Assembly: GCF_036321535.1 (NCBI RefSeq)
Contig: NC_087472.1
Coordinates: 95,730,001-95,794,000, forward strand
Direction: 5' to 3'
DNA length: 64,000 nucleotides
Origin: Camelus dromedarius
Taxonomy: Eukaryota
This document shows, one piece after another, positions 12,400 to 25,308 of the stretch. The translations under genes were made by a program, and so were the position numbers. The notes below the pieces were generated by a model. The model searched no databases, was not told the DNA's origin, and worked only from the letters and a program-made list of their open reading frames with translations. The stretch's first letter is position 1, and each line of letters opens with the position of its first letter.

Positions 12400-14440
12400 A
12401 CGAAATCAGGGAGACTGCCTGAAAAAGTAAGAGATTTAATAGAACCCAAAGTTTCCTAATATAATTGCAAAAATATCCAAATACATTTTAAAACATCACT
12501 CACCATCTAAAGAACTAGGAAAATCACAATTTGATTGAAGGAAGACAAATACCTGATGCCAACACCAACACAGATCAGATGTTGGAGTTATCTGACAACA
12601 CTTTTAAATCAGGCATGATAAAAATATTTCAACAAGCTATTATATATTCTATTGAAACAAATGAAAAACTAGAAAAATCTCAGCAAAAGAAACAGAAGTT
12701 ATGCAAAAGAACCAAGTGGAAATTATAGAACTTAAAAACAGAGTAACCAAAATTTAAAATTCAATCAAGGGGCTCAACTGAAAAATGGAGACAGCAGAGA
12801 AAAGAATCAAAAAACTTGAGAACACATCAATGCAATTCATTCAATTTATACAACAGAAAGAGAACAGAATAAAAAAGTTAACAGAGCCTCAGGGACCTCT
12901 GGGACTATAAGAAAAGACCCAATATTCTTATCATTTAATTCCAGAAAGAGAAAAGTTCAAATGGAGAACATGAGCCTGAAAGGGTATTCAAAGAAATAAT
13001 GGCTGAAAACTTCTCAAATATGGAAAAAGATATAAACGTACAGATTCAAGGCTGAACAAACCTCAAATAAGATAAACCCACACCAAGACACATCATTATT
13101 AAACTTCTAAAAACTAAAAAGAAATAATGTTGAAACCAGCCAATGAGAAACAATCTATGGGGGAGAATCAATTCAAACAGCATCAGATTTCTCATCTGAA
13201 TCGATAGAGGCCAAAAGGAAGTGGCTTAACATTTCTCAAGTGCTGGAAGAAGAGAAATATCAACTGTGAATTATATATCTAGTGAAACTATCCTTAAGGA
13301 ATGGAGGGGAAATAAAAACATCCTCAGATAAAGGGAAACTAAAATAATGTGTCACTAACAAACTCATCCCTAAAGAATGGCTAAAATAACTTCTCCAAAC
13401 AGAAAGAAAATAATTATTAAGAAGTATATTGCTTAATTTCCAAGTGATCGGAGAGGCAGTCAAAATGAAATAAATTACACATGGAACTGAATAATGATGA
13501 AACTAAAACATAACATTCCTCAGTAAAGCACAGGGAACTATATTCAATATCTCATATTAACCTTTAATGAAAAAGAATATGAAAATGAATATATGTATGA
13601 ATATGCATGACTGAGACATTGTGCTGTACACCAGAAACTGACACATTGTAACTGACTATATTTCAATAAAAAAAGAAAAACAAAGAAAACATAACAAAAT
13701 ATGTGGGGATACACCTAAAGGAGTGATAAGAGGGAAGTTTATAGCACTAATGCTTACGTTAGAAAAGGGAAAAGGTCTCAAAACAATAACCTAAGTTTCT
13801 AACTCAAGAAACTAGAAAAACAAAAACAAAATAAACCCAAAGCAAGCAGAGGCTCAAATAAGAAATCAGTGAAACTGAAAACAGAAAAAAAATAAGAGAA
13901 AATCAATTTTTTAAAAGCTGACTCTTTGAAAAAGTCAGTAAAATTGGTAAACCTTTAACAAGATGAACAAAAATTAAAACAGAGATGACACATATTACCA
14001 ATGTCAAGAATAAAGTGGAATATCACTAAAGATCCTGGAGCTATTTAAAGAATAATAAGAGAATATGATGAACAATTTCACACTCATAAATTTGAAAACT
14101 TAGAAAAAATAAGAGTAATTTCATGAAAACTACAACCTACCAAAACTCAACCAAGACGAAGTATATAATCTAAAAAGGCCTATAACTATCAAAGAAACTG
14201 AATTCATAATTTTAAAGCTCCCAAAAAATAAATCTCCATGCCCAGATGGTTTTACTAGAGAATCCTACCAAACTTTTAAAGAAATAACACCAATTCTACA
14301 CAATCTCATCTAGAAAATAAAAGATGAGATGAAGTAACACTTCCCAACTCATTTTACAAAGCTAGTATTATCGTGATACCAAAATGAGACAATAACAACA
14401 CAAAAAAAGAAAACTACATGTCAATATCTCTCATGAAATA
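12400..14440 (+). mobile_element. Old L1 ORF1-ORF2 fragment, decayed
   Basis: ORF1-like peptide QMLELSDNTFK; agagcctcagggacctctggga; ORF2 motifs cccagatggttttactagagaatcctaccaaac and cttcccaactcatttt. Confidence 0.85.
13516..13685 (+). mobile_element. Young L1 3' end nested in the old L1
   Basis: agcacagggaactatattcaatatc...aataaaaaaa; TSD aaaacataaca at 13505-13515 and 13686-13696. Confidence 0.9.
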
Positions 14441-14994
14441 TAAAAAGGAAGACCAGGAAACTGTCCTTTAGAATCCTTTAGCATCAGTTAAAAGAGGAGA
14501 TTAAGAAGGGAGAAAGAGATGGAATGAGATACCCAAAGGGAGAAAGAGACTAACAAACAAAGGGAATGGTGCACATTTACGGATAGAGAGGGAGAGAGAA
14601 CATGCCCAAAAGACATAGAATAAAACACACTGCAAACAGATCAGTGAGCCGGAGAGATCCAAAAAGAGACAAGAACCACAGACAAAGACCTAAATGAATC
14701 AATTTAACTGAGACTTAAGACTGCAAATACATAGAGATGGCTATAATTTTGTTTGTGCCACAGAAGACTCTAAAGTCTTGTTGCACTTTTGTAACCATAA
14801 GAAGTTGAAGTCTCTGCTGTAAAGAAAAGTGTACAAGACTAAAGGAAAAAAAATCTCTGCAATAAGCTACCAATGTAGAATTCAAGAGCTCCCCTAACCT
14901 CTTGGTTTTTATTTCTTTAAGCTACAAAATGAAGACAAACCAGATGTTCAGTAAGTTTCCTTCCAGCTTCAAGATTTCCTCAATATATGGAAAA

Positions 14995-15142
14995 TTTAAT
15001 AAGCAAAAAGGATATAATGTACAGCATAGGGAAATACAGCCATTATTTAAATGGAGTATAATCTATAAAAATATTGAATCACTATGTTGTACACATAAAA
15101 AAATATAATATTGTACATCGACTATATTTCAATTTTAAAAAG
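14995..15142 (+). mobile_element. L1 3' end
   Basis: tacagcatagggaaatacagcc...gaatcactatgttgtacac; TSD atatggaaaa at 14985-14994 and 15143-15152. Confidence 0.8.
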
Positions 15143-16565
15143 ATATGGAAAACTTTCTTGTCATTTGCCAAGTGAGTTAAAGGCTTTTTCTAAATGAAGG
15201 GCCTATCCTAAGAATCAGGCTGTAAGTCAGGAACTCCTTATCCCAAACCTGTACTTTTCTATGGAAAAGTGAAAAGATGCTAAAATGTACTTAAGTAAGC
15301 TCTCATCTTTAGGGGAAATACATCAATAGGAGAGAAGGGTCTGTACTATTCCACATTGATGGGCACAGAATCTTAGTTTTAAAACCTTCCATAGAAAATG
15401 CTTTGATTAAATCACTTAAGTTTAATCACATGAACTAAAAAAAATGTATAAAAATAAAAATTAAAACTGGACTGGAAAAGGAGAAAAAAACTTTTGTTAA
15501 GGAAAGACTAAAACCAAATTAAAATACTAGATCAATTTCAAAAAAAATTAAAAACTGTATAAAATATTACTTACATTTCTTCAAACTGAATTTTCTTCTG
15601 CAGCTAAACGTACTCCTAGTTTAATTTTCCTTTTTATTTCTTTTGTTCTTTTCTAACTCTACTGAACATTGCAAGAAAGACTTGAACACCAAAGATAGTC
15701 AAAATAAAGTAGCTGAACAATACAGTGAACCTGCCTCCTACAAACACATACACATGAACATACACATGAGCTGTCACAGCCTAAATACATAAAATCTAGT
15801 ACAGTAGAGTCCCACTCAGAGGCATGCCCACCCTAGGAACAAAGGTTACAATTCCAAACCCTGGGCTTTGGAGAGTTTCTCTTCCAAGCAGCACTCCTAA
15901 TTAGTGCCAAAAATATTCAAGGTTCAAATAATCAAATACATGTCACATATACACATACATATAACTAGCTAATAAACATCACCTTATAAAATCAAGTAAA
16001 AAAGAAATGTCCCTCCCCTATTGTGCTCACACCTCTCAGGCTCAGGACACTTTTGTTGATTTCTCTTTTTGACCAAAGGTGTCCATGGTGTTTATTTTAA
16101 CTTGGCTCATTTGGATTAAAGTGTGGCAGAGAAGGCTCTTGAGGTGAGCATGCAGCTTAAGATATTCTTTGCACTCCACTAGAAGTGCAGGTTCTTGCTC
16201 ATAGAAATACTTAGACCTTCACACAGCCAGCATCTCATCTTGCAGTATGCGTGTAGACAATAACCTTCATGGCACTCCGTAAGTTCCCCTTCCACTCTGG
16301 CCCTCTGCTCCTGTTTCAGAGAAAACTGAAGGTAATGGAGATGAAACCTATCAACTGCCTCCACTCCACCAAACAGATTTATAGCCACATCAATCCTTGC
16401 AGCTCTATCCTACCTACCTCCTCTCCTTAAGTAGGTGAACCCTCTATCCACATTGGTCTAGTCCTTCAATTATACCTCTCTCTCTTAAATTTTAAATCTC
16501 TGCCTCTCTGCTGTCTCCTTCTGTTCAAGTGATAGCATGCTCAAATTTCTTCCCATCCTACAAAT

Positions 16566-17043
16566 CAGTGTGATTCTCAAAGTGTGGGCCAAGAACCTTT
16601 GTGGGAAGTCTCTAAGGCCCTTTCAGAGAGTCCACAAGGGTCTTTCCTTTACCAACTAACTACACATCTGTGCAAGGCCGGATTTTTATTTACTTCAGCC
16701 AAGACAACACACTGCAACAGACTGGATGCAGAAGCAGATACGAGAATCCAAGTGTTTTTTAGTAAGCAAGACAGTAGAGAGATCCGTAAAAATGAACAGT
16801 ACCACTCTCCGCACTAAATTTTTTTGTTTTGAAAAAGTTATATTCATAAAAGGGTGATACGCTAAGAAATAATGGGCATATTGCTATCTTTAGATGAATC
16901 AGTAGATAAATAATTTTTTAAATTTCTGTGTTACTATGCAATATGGTAAATAATAACCCACAGAAACAAAAGTTCTTTGGGATCCTCAGTAACTTTTCAA
17001 GACTAGGAAGAGGCCCTGAGAGTGAAAGGTTTAAGAATTGCTG
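16566..17043 (+). mobile_element. hAT-Charlie (Charlie1-type) internally deleted element
   Basis: Ends cagtgtgattctcaaagtgtgg and gtttaagaattgctg; the ORF carries the Charlie C-terminal motif TTHLCKAGF...NRLDAEADTRIQ. Confidence 0.8.
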
Positions 17044-17062
17044 CTATGAATAAATTATTTTC

Positions 17063-17701
17063 CACCCCTCCCAGCGAGACTCATACGCCTGGGGGGCGGG
17101 GTGCCTGTCTCGGTGTGTGGGTGGGAGGCCTGGCTCCCTGGCCTCACCTTGGAGAGTCCCTGATGTGAGTGCTGGGGACCCCAGAGGCTGGAAGGCCTCG
17201 GCACGGGGTTCTCCTGAGCAGCTGTGCGGGGTCCAGCGGGTGCACGGGGAGGAATCGCTGTGCGGCTGTGCAGGGTGCCTGCATCCGGGTCTCAGCCGCC
17301 CGGACTCCGCACAAACGACTCCTCCCCCGTCCAAAGCCATTGATGGAGCTTCTCTGAAATCGTTTGCCAAAACCTCAAGGTAGAATCCACGGGTCCAAGA
17401 CCATTTGTATCGAGCACACGTTTTCCTTTTCTGTAGGAACTTTTTGTTGTCGTTTTTGTAACCAGCACGACATACCATAATATTTGACCACTACAGTCAA
17501 ATATTACAGTTGTCCATCCCCGGTCTGGTCTTGGCTTGCTCAGATAAAACTTTGTATGTATTTTGTAAGGCATAGATTCAATATTGTAATGATGTCCTAT
17601 GCAAAAAGAAAAACAAATTAAATTGTAAATTGTATTGTTTTAACGTGTATGCATGTTGTAGTGATGTTTACATTTTGAAATAAAATTTATGATTCATTAA
17701 A
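17063..17701 (+). pseudogene. 5'-truncated processed retrocopy of an mRNA 3' UTR (terminal sequence recalls ADARB1, unverified)
   Basis: CpG-rich segment out of keeping with its flanks; AU-rich end with AATAAA at 17679-17684, short A run, and TSD aaattattttc at 17052-17062 and 17702-17712. Confidence 0.8.
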
Positions 17702-18018
17702 AAATTATTTTCTCAATCCTGCTACTCACTCAAGATACTGCTTTCTCTTTCCTTGCCTTTGCCACTAACAGGGAGTCAGCCATTCCCTGTTCCCATTTCC
17801 TCAGCTCCAGTTATCTTCTCAATCCATCAGAATCCAACTTCTGCTTCCTATCACTCCACTAAAATGATTTTCACTGAAGTCACCAGTAACTTCCTTCTGT
17901 AAGAATTTTTATCATACTCTCTTATGATTACAAAAGTAATACATGGTCACTGTAGGACATTTACAAAATGCATGTAAGCAAAAACCAACAAAAGAACGAG
18001 CAACTAAAAAAATCACCC

Positions 18019-18456
18019 CTGATCAGAATAGGAAAAAGGGCACCAGGAGCTAAGAAATTCAGGAAGCCTCTAGAAGCTGGAAAAGATCAGGAAACCAAGG
18101 AAGAAGTTAAACACCAAGATGAAGACCATATGGATAGAAAGTGACATCTGAAAGTATAACCAGTGGCTTCTGATGCTAAAGCACATGTTCGCTCTTTGGT
18201 GTTCTGCTGCTGCTATACGGTCAAGAACTGTCAAGCTTTTCTACCCTGGTCAGCTACCATCTCTTCAGAGAGAGTTGAAGAATAAGAATGACTCATCTCC
18301 CGTTGCTGGTTTAAAGATGGAGGAAGGAGTTCAACAGTGAAGTAAGGCAGGCGGCCTCTAGAAGCTGAAATTGACCCTAGCTGACAGCAAGGAAACAGTA
18401 CCTGAATTCAGAAAACAGCCTGAATGAGGTTAAAAGTAGACTCTTCTCTTAAAAAG
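18019..18456 (+). other. TSD-flanked retroposed mosaic (MLT1 pieces plus unique sequence)
   Basis: TSD aaaaatcaccc at 18008-18018 and 18457-18467; A-rich end; interrupts an old antisense L1ME-like segment. Confidence 0.6.
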
Positions 18457-18609
18457 AAAAATCACCCATAATACCACCACTCAGAGATAACCACCGTTAG
18501 AAATCTGTCCCTTCTGAGTTCTCAATGCAGTGTGTTATAAAAACGGTATTGGAGAATATATCTTGTTTGGATATGTATTTTACATATTGTTTTGGAACCA
18601 GCTTTTTAG

Positions 18610-19760
18610 CTGACGTGCTCACTGGTTACCTCCTAGGTGCTAAATACTAAGGTTTCTATCTTTAGTTTCCTTGGCCTCCCTGCATCATTTGGCATCGTCA
18701 ACCATTCGGTCCTTTGGATTCTTTCCTCCTGCTTTCTGTACAGCATTCTCTCTTGGTTCCCTTCTGATCTCTTTGTCCACTCCTCTGTTTCCACCACTCC
18801 CTCTACGTGAGCCGATTACTTCTAAAGTTTAACTATCTCCTGTATGTAGATGAACTCCAAATCTCTATTTATAACCCTTATTTTCTTCTGAGCTCCAGAC
18901 TCAATTTTCCAACATCCCACTGGTCAACTCCACCTCTACATTTAACAGATTCTTCAAACCTAACATATCAAAACTAGTTTTTCCATATCCTTCTCCCAAT
19001 CTGCTTCTTATTCTAGAATATCTCAGTTGATGGCTCCACTTGGCCTTAAAAAAAAAAAATCTGAAACTCAAGGTCCACTCCATGCTTTCCTTCAACCACA
19101 CTAAACAATTTGTTTTCAAATACAGTAGTAAGTAGTACCTCCCAATTGTCTCTAGAGACTCTCCCTTCCTCACTCAGGCACATAAGACTGCTCTCATCAG
19201 TACTTATCATCAACCATCCCCTACTCTCCAGCTCCCTCTTCCTCAAACCCAACCAGAATATGGAGTTAACTTTCTGAAATACAAACCCAATCGTACCACT
19301 CCATCCTTCTAGGGATTCCCATGGTTTAGAGGGCCCCTTCACTGTCTGCTTTCAACGCATCTCTCTAAGCTCTTCTCTCTCAAGTCCCACACACAGGCGC
19401 ATTTTGTGCTCCAGCCACACCAAGCCACTCAGAGTTCCCCAAATACCCCATGCCCTTTGATACATTTTCTGTTTATGCATGCTATTCCCCTTCTCCATCC
19501 ATCCTCATCTTTAAAGACTGAACTCAAATGCCACCTCTCCTGTGAAGCCTTCCATGAAGCCTCCAAAGAGAGTTAGTTGCTCCCTCATCTCTCCTCAGAG
19601 GGCTTGGCACTTCTGTCATCACTCTTATTACACCATAGTGGAGTGGCCCACTACCCGTCTGTGGTCATGTCAAGGGTGGAGATCTTGTCTGAATCATCCT
19701 TGTATGTCTACCCTTACCTACTCTGGATGGATTGTTGGATGGATTACTAAATATATATTA
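18610..19760 (+). mobile_element. L2 LINE fragment
   Basis: L2 motifs gatgaactccaaatctct, tctgagctccagactc, aactcaaatgccacctctcctgtgaagccttcc. Confidence 0.7.
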
Positions 19761-19987
19761 AGCAAAATTTACTTTGTAGTCTTCCTACCTCGTATACTTA
19801 TCCTCTGAAGAAGCTAAGCAGATACACTGCCGCCTCAACACTCACTCACATGTGATCACAGAACATCTGTAGCACAGATAGAGCCAATCCTCTAGCAAAC
19901 TAGCAGTTAAACACACCATAAGCAACTGTAGTATAGGAATGCTTTCCCAGACTACGTGTTAAATGAGACCTTGATAAAGCCTTTTCT

Positions 19988-20145
19988 TCCTTTCTTTTTT
20001 TCTTTTTGTTTTCTTTGGTGGGGGGAGGTATTGGAAATAATTATGTTTATTTATTTAAATTTTTTAAATGGAGGTACTGGGGATTGAACCCAGGGCCTCG
20101 TGCATGCTAAGCATGTGCTCTACCACTGAGCTATACCCTCCCCCA
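19988..20145 (-). mobile_element. Camelid tRNA-derived SINE (Vic-1 type)
   Basis: Reverse complement of ggggagggtatagctcagtggtagag...gggttcaatccccagtacctcc; 16-bp TSD tgataaagccttttct at 19972-19987 and 20149-20164. Confidence 0.92.
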
Positions 20146-21354
20146 CCCTGATAAAGCCTTTTCTGAAATTTATTTTCCATCTTGGACTTTGGAACCAGAC
20201 TCTTCTATCCATGAAATACAATGGAAATTGAGTAATATAGACAGAAAAGCAGATAGTGCTATTCAATGGGAAAAACGTTGGCTTTGTTTTGTGACCTTAA
20301 ACAAATGACTGAATCTCTCTGAACCTGTTCTCTCAACTGTAAGATGAAGAAAGATCTAACTTTGTAAGATTTTTTAAAATTTAGAGACAATATTAATAAA
20401 GAATGGAGTACAGTCCTCATCAATAAGGTAATTCCTCAGTAATTTAAGAAAACTGTTCATTTTAAAATGTCTATATTGGAGAGTATTCATAATTGATCTG
20501 CTTTAATAAAGGTCATTTACTTCAGACTCCTCTATCAAAGAATAAATTCAATATGGAATTGACTCTAGGGGAAAAAAAATATGTTCAAAACCAGAATGTC
20601 GTCTTAAGACCAAGACTTGACCATCAGCTGGGCTTAATCCTTCACTAATTAATAAGTCTCATCCCTTCCACAATCACAAAAAAAAAAAAAAAAACTGGTA
20701 GAATATCTGACTCTTAACCCAAGAAAATATTACCCAAGGACGAGAAAAATCCAAATGTTATTCTTGATCACTTAGGAAGGTTACACAAACCTGTCTGTTT
20801 AATGATTGTTGCTTGCAGCTGTGCCCTGAGAAATGAGCCCCTAACCTCTGTTTTATTTCAGAATTTCTGGAATCCTCTGAAGTCTATTTCAGGTTTACTC
20901 TCAGACTAGAAAATGATACAGAGCCCATCTATGAATTTCAACTGGCTGTGTAACAGCCTTCTAAATTAGCTAATTTCTGTCACCACCCCTGGCTGTCTAC
21001 GAGTAATTAAGAGGTTAACATAACAAAAGTGGAGAGTGGACACTTGTGGTGAGAACCTGTACAAAGGGTGACCTTTGAGCCTTCCACCTGTCGCTGCCCA
21101 TTCTGGCCACACACCAGTTTTCTTTGTGAATCCTGAAAAAGCGCTTCGGGGCCTCAGCAAAGGTAGCCAGCTGTCCTGAAACACTAAAATTTCCCAAGAG
21201 CAAGGGGATAAGAAACTACAGTGTGAGCTGTTAAGAAGTAGGAACTAATGCAAATTATGTCAGTATACAAGTTTAAAGACTCTTCAGAAACAATCCAGAA
21301 AATGGGATTTCAGAAGAGGGACTGCATTAAATTTGCCTATTCAAACTCTTCTCA

Positions 21355-21492
21355 GGGGGAGGGTATAGCTCAGTGGTAGAGCGCGTGTTTAGCATGCATG
21401 AGGCCCTGGGTTCAATCCTCAGTACCTCCATTAAATAAATGAATACAAACATACATACATAAAAATAACATAATTACTCCCCCTCAAAAAAA
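21355..21492 (+). mobile_element. Camelid tRNA-derived SINE (Vic-1 type)
   Basis: A box tagctcagtgg and B box ggttcaatcc; TSD caaactcttct at 21342-21352 and 21493-21503. Confidence 0.92.
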
Positions 21493-21837
21493 CAAACTCT
21501 TCTGTGTTTTTTTTTCACAATAGCAGTAAGATTTTCACACATACACACCTCTCTTTCATAATGAACAATTACATTTGACTAAAAGATGGCATTGATAAAA
21601 ACAAGTTTGGGGTCAATAAGTCCATTATTAACTTTAGACAAAATTCAAGTTAAAGAACCTGTTTCTGTTTTGCCACTTCTGGATCCAAGCTCTACTATGA
21701 ACATATTTGTATAATTTATGCACATAATAGTATTTAATAGCAGCAAATTCACACACCTGCTGAGTTTCCTCCATGTGAAAGGAGGAATGTAAAGGTCAAC
21801 CAGATGATTTCCCCTTCCGCAGTGGAACTAGACAATG

Positions 21838-22035
21838 CCATTCAAATTCCGGGCTACCATTTACCAACTATGTGACTCTTCTAGGATGTTATTTCACCTC
21901 TCTGTGCCTCAGTTTTCTCATAAAAATAGGATTGATAAAAGAACTCACCTCATGGCTTTGTTATGAAGATCATAGGAATCTATACAGAAAATACATTCAG
22001 TGAGGGACACAGAAAGCTATTGTTACTGCTATTAC
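21838..22035 (+). mobile_element. MIR
   Basis: ttcaaattcc...cacctctctgtgcctcagttttctc core. Confidence 0.7.
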
Positions 22036-22271
22036 CATTCTATTATTTAACTTTTAAACAATTGCGGTACACTGTGAAGTAATTAGCATGTAACTTTAAT
22101 TTCTATGACATGGGTCAGTGTTTACTATCAGTTCACCAAGCTCTCATCTGACAGAAGTAAAAAAGGAGTGATGTTTTTAAAAATAGCAAAAAAAAAAAAA
22201 TTGCCAGTCCCAAGTCCCCAACCCAGATCACATTTATTTCTTAAAGGCTTCTGAGGAAAAATTATCCACAT

Positions 22272-22805
22272 ATGTATAGATGAAAGATGGCTGCAAATTC
22301 TTTACTGCTTCTCTCATGGTGAGAGAGTTTCTACATCACCTCCCCTTGAATCTGGTAAAGCCCTGTGACTGCTCTGGCCAAGAGAATATAGTAGAATTTA
22401 TGCCAGTTTCCTGACCCAGGCATTAACATTCTAGTAGCTTCCACTTCCTACCTCTTGATACTGTCTTTGGGAATCAATCCACTATGCTGTGAGAAGCTCA
22501 AACCACCTAGAGAGGCCGTATGTAGGCACTTCAGACAACAGCCTGAGCTCAGCTTCTAGATGACATTCAGCATCATCTGCCAGCCATCCTTGCCCATACG
22601 CCCAACAAGTGAGTGAAGCAGCCATCTTGGAAGTGCATCATCACACCCTAGCCACCCAAGCTGATGCCACATGGATCAGAGATGAACTGCCCAGCCAAGC
22701 CCTTCTGGTATTACTGATCCATGAAACTGAGACAAAATAAAATGCTTTTTTTCAAGCCATTCAGTTTTGGGGTGATCTGTTACTCCACAATAGATAACCA
22801 GTACA
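22272..22805 (+). mobile_element. MaLR solo LTR (MLT1)
   Basis: aaagatggctgcaaattcttt start; gccatcttggaagtg; end aagccattcagttttggggtgatctgttactccacaatagataaccagtaca. Confidence 0.8.
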
Positions 22806-23344
22806 ACCTAACTATAATCATCCTTTCTCTAACATTGAATTGGATAAATGCAGTCAAAATTTAAGCTCTGCCTTAAATTATTTTCCTCTTTCTTATGGAG
22901 CACATTTGACCAGGGATAGGTGTTTTACACAAGTAAGAATTTATTCCATGCTGTGCACCAGAAACTAACTATGCTGTACACCAGAAACTAACACAACATT
23001 GTAAACTGACTATACCTCAATAAAAAATGAAAGTGTAAACAGTTATAAAGTAAGTGACTCCTTAGCTAATGATTTGAGGGTTTTCTCCAAAACCTTTACT
23101 AGTTTATTTTTTTTTAGAAAAACTCTTATCACTTTTGAAAAAATAAAGTTTCTAGAAAAAAAGGGCAGTTTCTTTATCTATGGCTTAATTTATGTGGTTT
23201 AGAAATAATTTGGCTTAATTTTAAATTCTAAACTAAGTGTGAAAATGTTGTTTGAATTCAAATACCTGTATGCAGCACCTTGAATTTAAAAAAATTCCTT
23301 CCCCAAAAAAAGCAATTAAGAATCTATTATATGATACAAAACGA

Positions 23345-23432
23345 AGGGGAAGGGTATAGCTCAGTGGAAGAGCATGTGCTGAGCATGCAGGATGTCCTGG
23401 GTTCAATCCCCAGTGCCTCCATTAAAAAAAAA
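23345..23432 (+). mobile_element. Camelid tRNA-derived SINE (Vic-1 type, short)
   Basis: A and B boxes plus A tail; TSD gatacaaaa at 23333-23341 and 23433-23441. Confidence 0.9.
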
Positions 23433-23863
23433 GATACAAAAGTTGTTATTACAAAAGTATTATCAGTGCTTCAGATATTGTTTAGGAGAAAACTGTTTTG
23501 AGGGCTGATGGGGGAAAGGTGGAGGACAGGGGTGGAATGAATGCGCAAGGATCCAGCTACGATGTTTGAAGAGACAGCCAGCAGTTATCCTGCTAAAGTT
23601 AGAAAGAACACGAGACCTCCTAAAGGGAACATGGAGGAAAGAAACATGGTGGCTGTTTAGGGCAATATGTCATTAATGGATCAATCAAGGTGACAGCATC
23701 CTCTCATGACCATGAATTTATTGTAAAGAGAGAGAGAGAGAATATTAAAATAAAAAACAATAAAAGCCACATTCTGGTCCAGGTTGACTGGTTGAAAACA
23801 AAACCAATGAAGGGCAAACTTATGCCCTTACCCATGCTACAAAAAGTATGCATTATTGTACCA

Positions 23864-24280
23864 TGTATTAGGTTGATGCTGCAATAATGCCACATAACAA
23901 ACAAACCAAAATTTCAATGGCTTCTAACATAAAAATTTCTTTTCTTCTTCACAGCTCTGAAGGTCAACTGGAGTGTTCCTGCAGCTGCAGATTGACTTCA
24001 GGCTGCAGGTGGAGTCCAGGAGGGCTCCATGTGTCTTCTCATTCTGTTTGGACAAGTAACTATTGGAGGTATGTTCTTCTAATGGCAAAAGTGCAAAAGA
24101 GCAAGCCAAATCATCAAGGACACTTAAAGGACATCAAGGCATCTCATTCACTAACATTCCATTGGCCAAACCTGGTCCATGGCCAAACCAACATCAACAG
24201 GATAGAGGAGAAATGTACTCCACCTACTCTATCAGGAGTGGGAAAAATGGCAGAGTCACATGGCAGAGGCACAGTTATAT
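23864..24280 (-). mobile_element. MaLR LTR (old MLT1)
   Basis: tgtattaggttgatgctgcaataat...aacaaaccaaaatttcaatggctt; cactaacattccattggccaaa. Confidence 0.7.
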
Positions 24281-24944
24281 AATTCTCTCTCTCCCTTCCT
24301 GCCTTGACGGTGTAAGTACTTATGACTTGTTCTTAAGTCTTTTGCACAAAATCTGGTGATGATAATGGCGCTAGGCATGTTGGAAAGTAAAAGCAGTAAC
24401 ATGAGTTATTCAAATGACAAATGATGCTCTTTATTAAGTGGGGTCCATATCAATAAAAGAAGAAGGGAATGACAAGAAAATAATTTTCAGCATAAAAAGG
24501 CCCAAAAGAGCTTGTTAGGGATTCCCCAGACTTTGCCATTGGGATTTCCTCCAGTAAACTAGGATGCACGTGAGGGCTGCTTGAGAGGCTGGGGTATTGG
24601 GGAAGTCGGGTTTTCCCTTTCTCTGCATCTCCTCTCCTCAAATGAAGGCCCACCAAGGCTCAGTCTCTGATGTGCCCAACAATTTGGCATGACATCTTCA
24701 GAAGGCAGCACCAATCTTGCCTGCTCTGCAAGTAATAAACACTGCACAATTCACCAAAGGCTGAAGCTAGAAATTATCTTAGGAGCACTAATCTAATACC
24801 TGCACCTGAAGATGATAAGACAGAGGTCCAGAGAGGCAGAGTTACCCACCCAAGGGTCCACAGTGAGTTCTTGATCCCCTCGAGTTCCCAGTTCATGAAG
24901 CTTTTCATGCATTTTCTTAGTCTCATCATGCCATGCTACTAAGA

Positions 24945-25150
24945 GTACTGGAGACCAGATACTGAGCACTTAGTGACTTGGGCACTGTTCTAAGTGCTTT
25001 ATGTATGCAAATCCATCCTACAAATGAAGCCAGGAGGTACAGAAGCAATGCCCAGAGGCACACACACAGCTGGTAAGTGGTAGAGCTAGAAGCTGAACCC
25101 CAGGTAGTCTGACACCAGAGCCCATGCTTTCGTACCACTCTACTGCTTCT
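24945..25150 (-). mobile_element. MIR
   Basis: ggcactgttctaagtgcttta; ctggtaagtggtagagctagaagctgaaccc. Confidence 0.7.
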
Positions 25151-25308
25151 GTAGAACACTAGGCGCCAGGCAGTGTTCTAGATACCAAGGATACAATGGA
25201 GAATAAGACACAGACTACCTCTTCCAAGAGTTTTCATTCTTGTGGAAAAGATGGAGCATAAATAGATAAAGAATAGATATATTTCTTCAACAGATACTTA
25301 TCAAGTAT

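Noticed and set aside
15575..15737. Minus-strand exon-like unit (tttgtAG ... AT|GTAAGT)
   Set aside because: A-rich, stop-containing and without other support; such site pairs are common by chance.
17044..17573. Overlapping ORFs of 62-144 aa
   Set aside because: By-product of the GC-rich retroposed UTR; none resembles a known protein.
21355..21430. tRNA-like sequences (seven copies in the window)
   Set aside because: They have SINE tails, most have TSDs, and the copies diverge from each other; they are SINEs, not tRNA genes.
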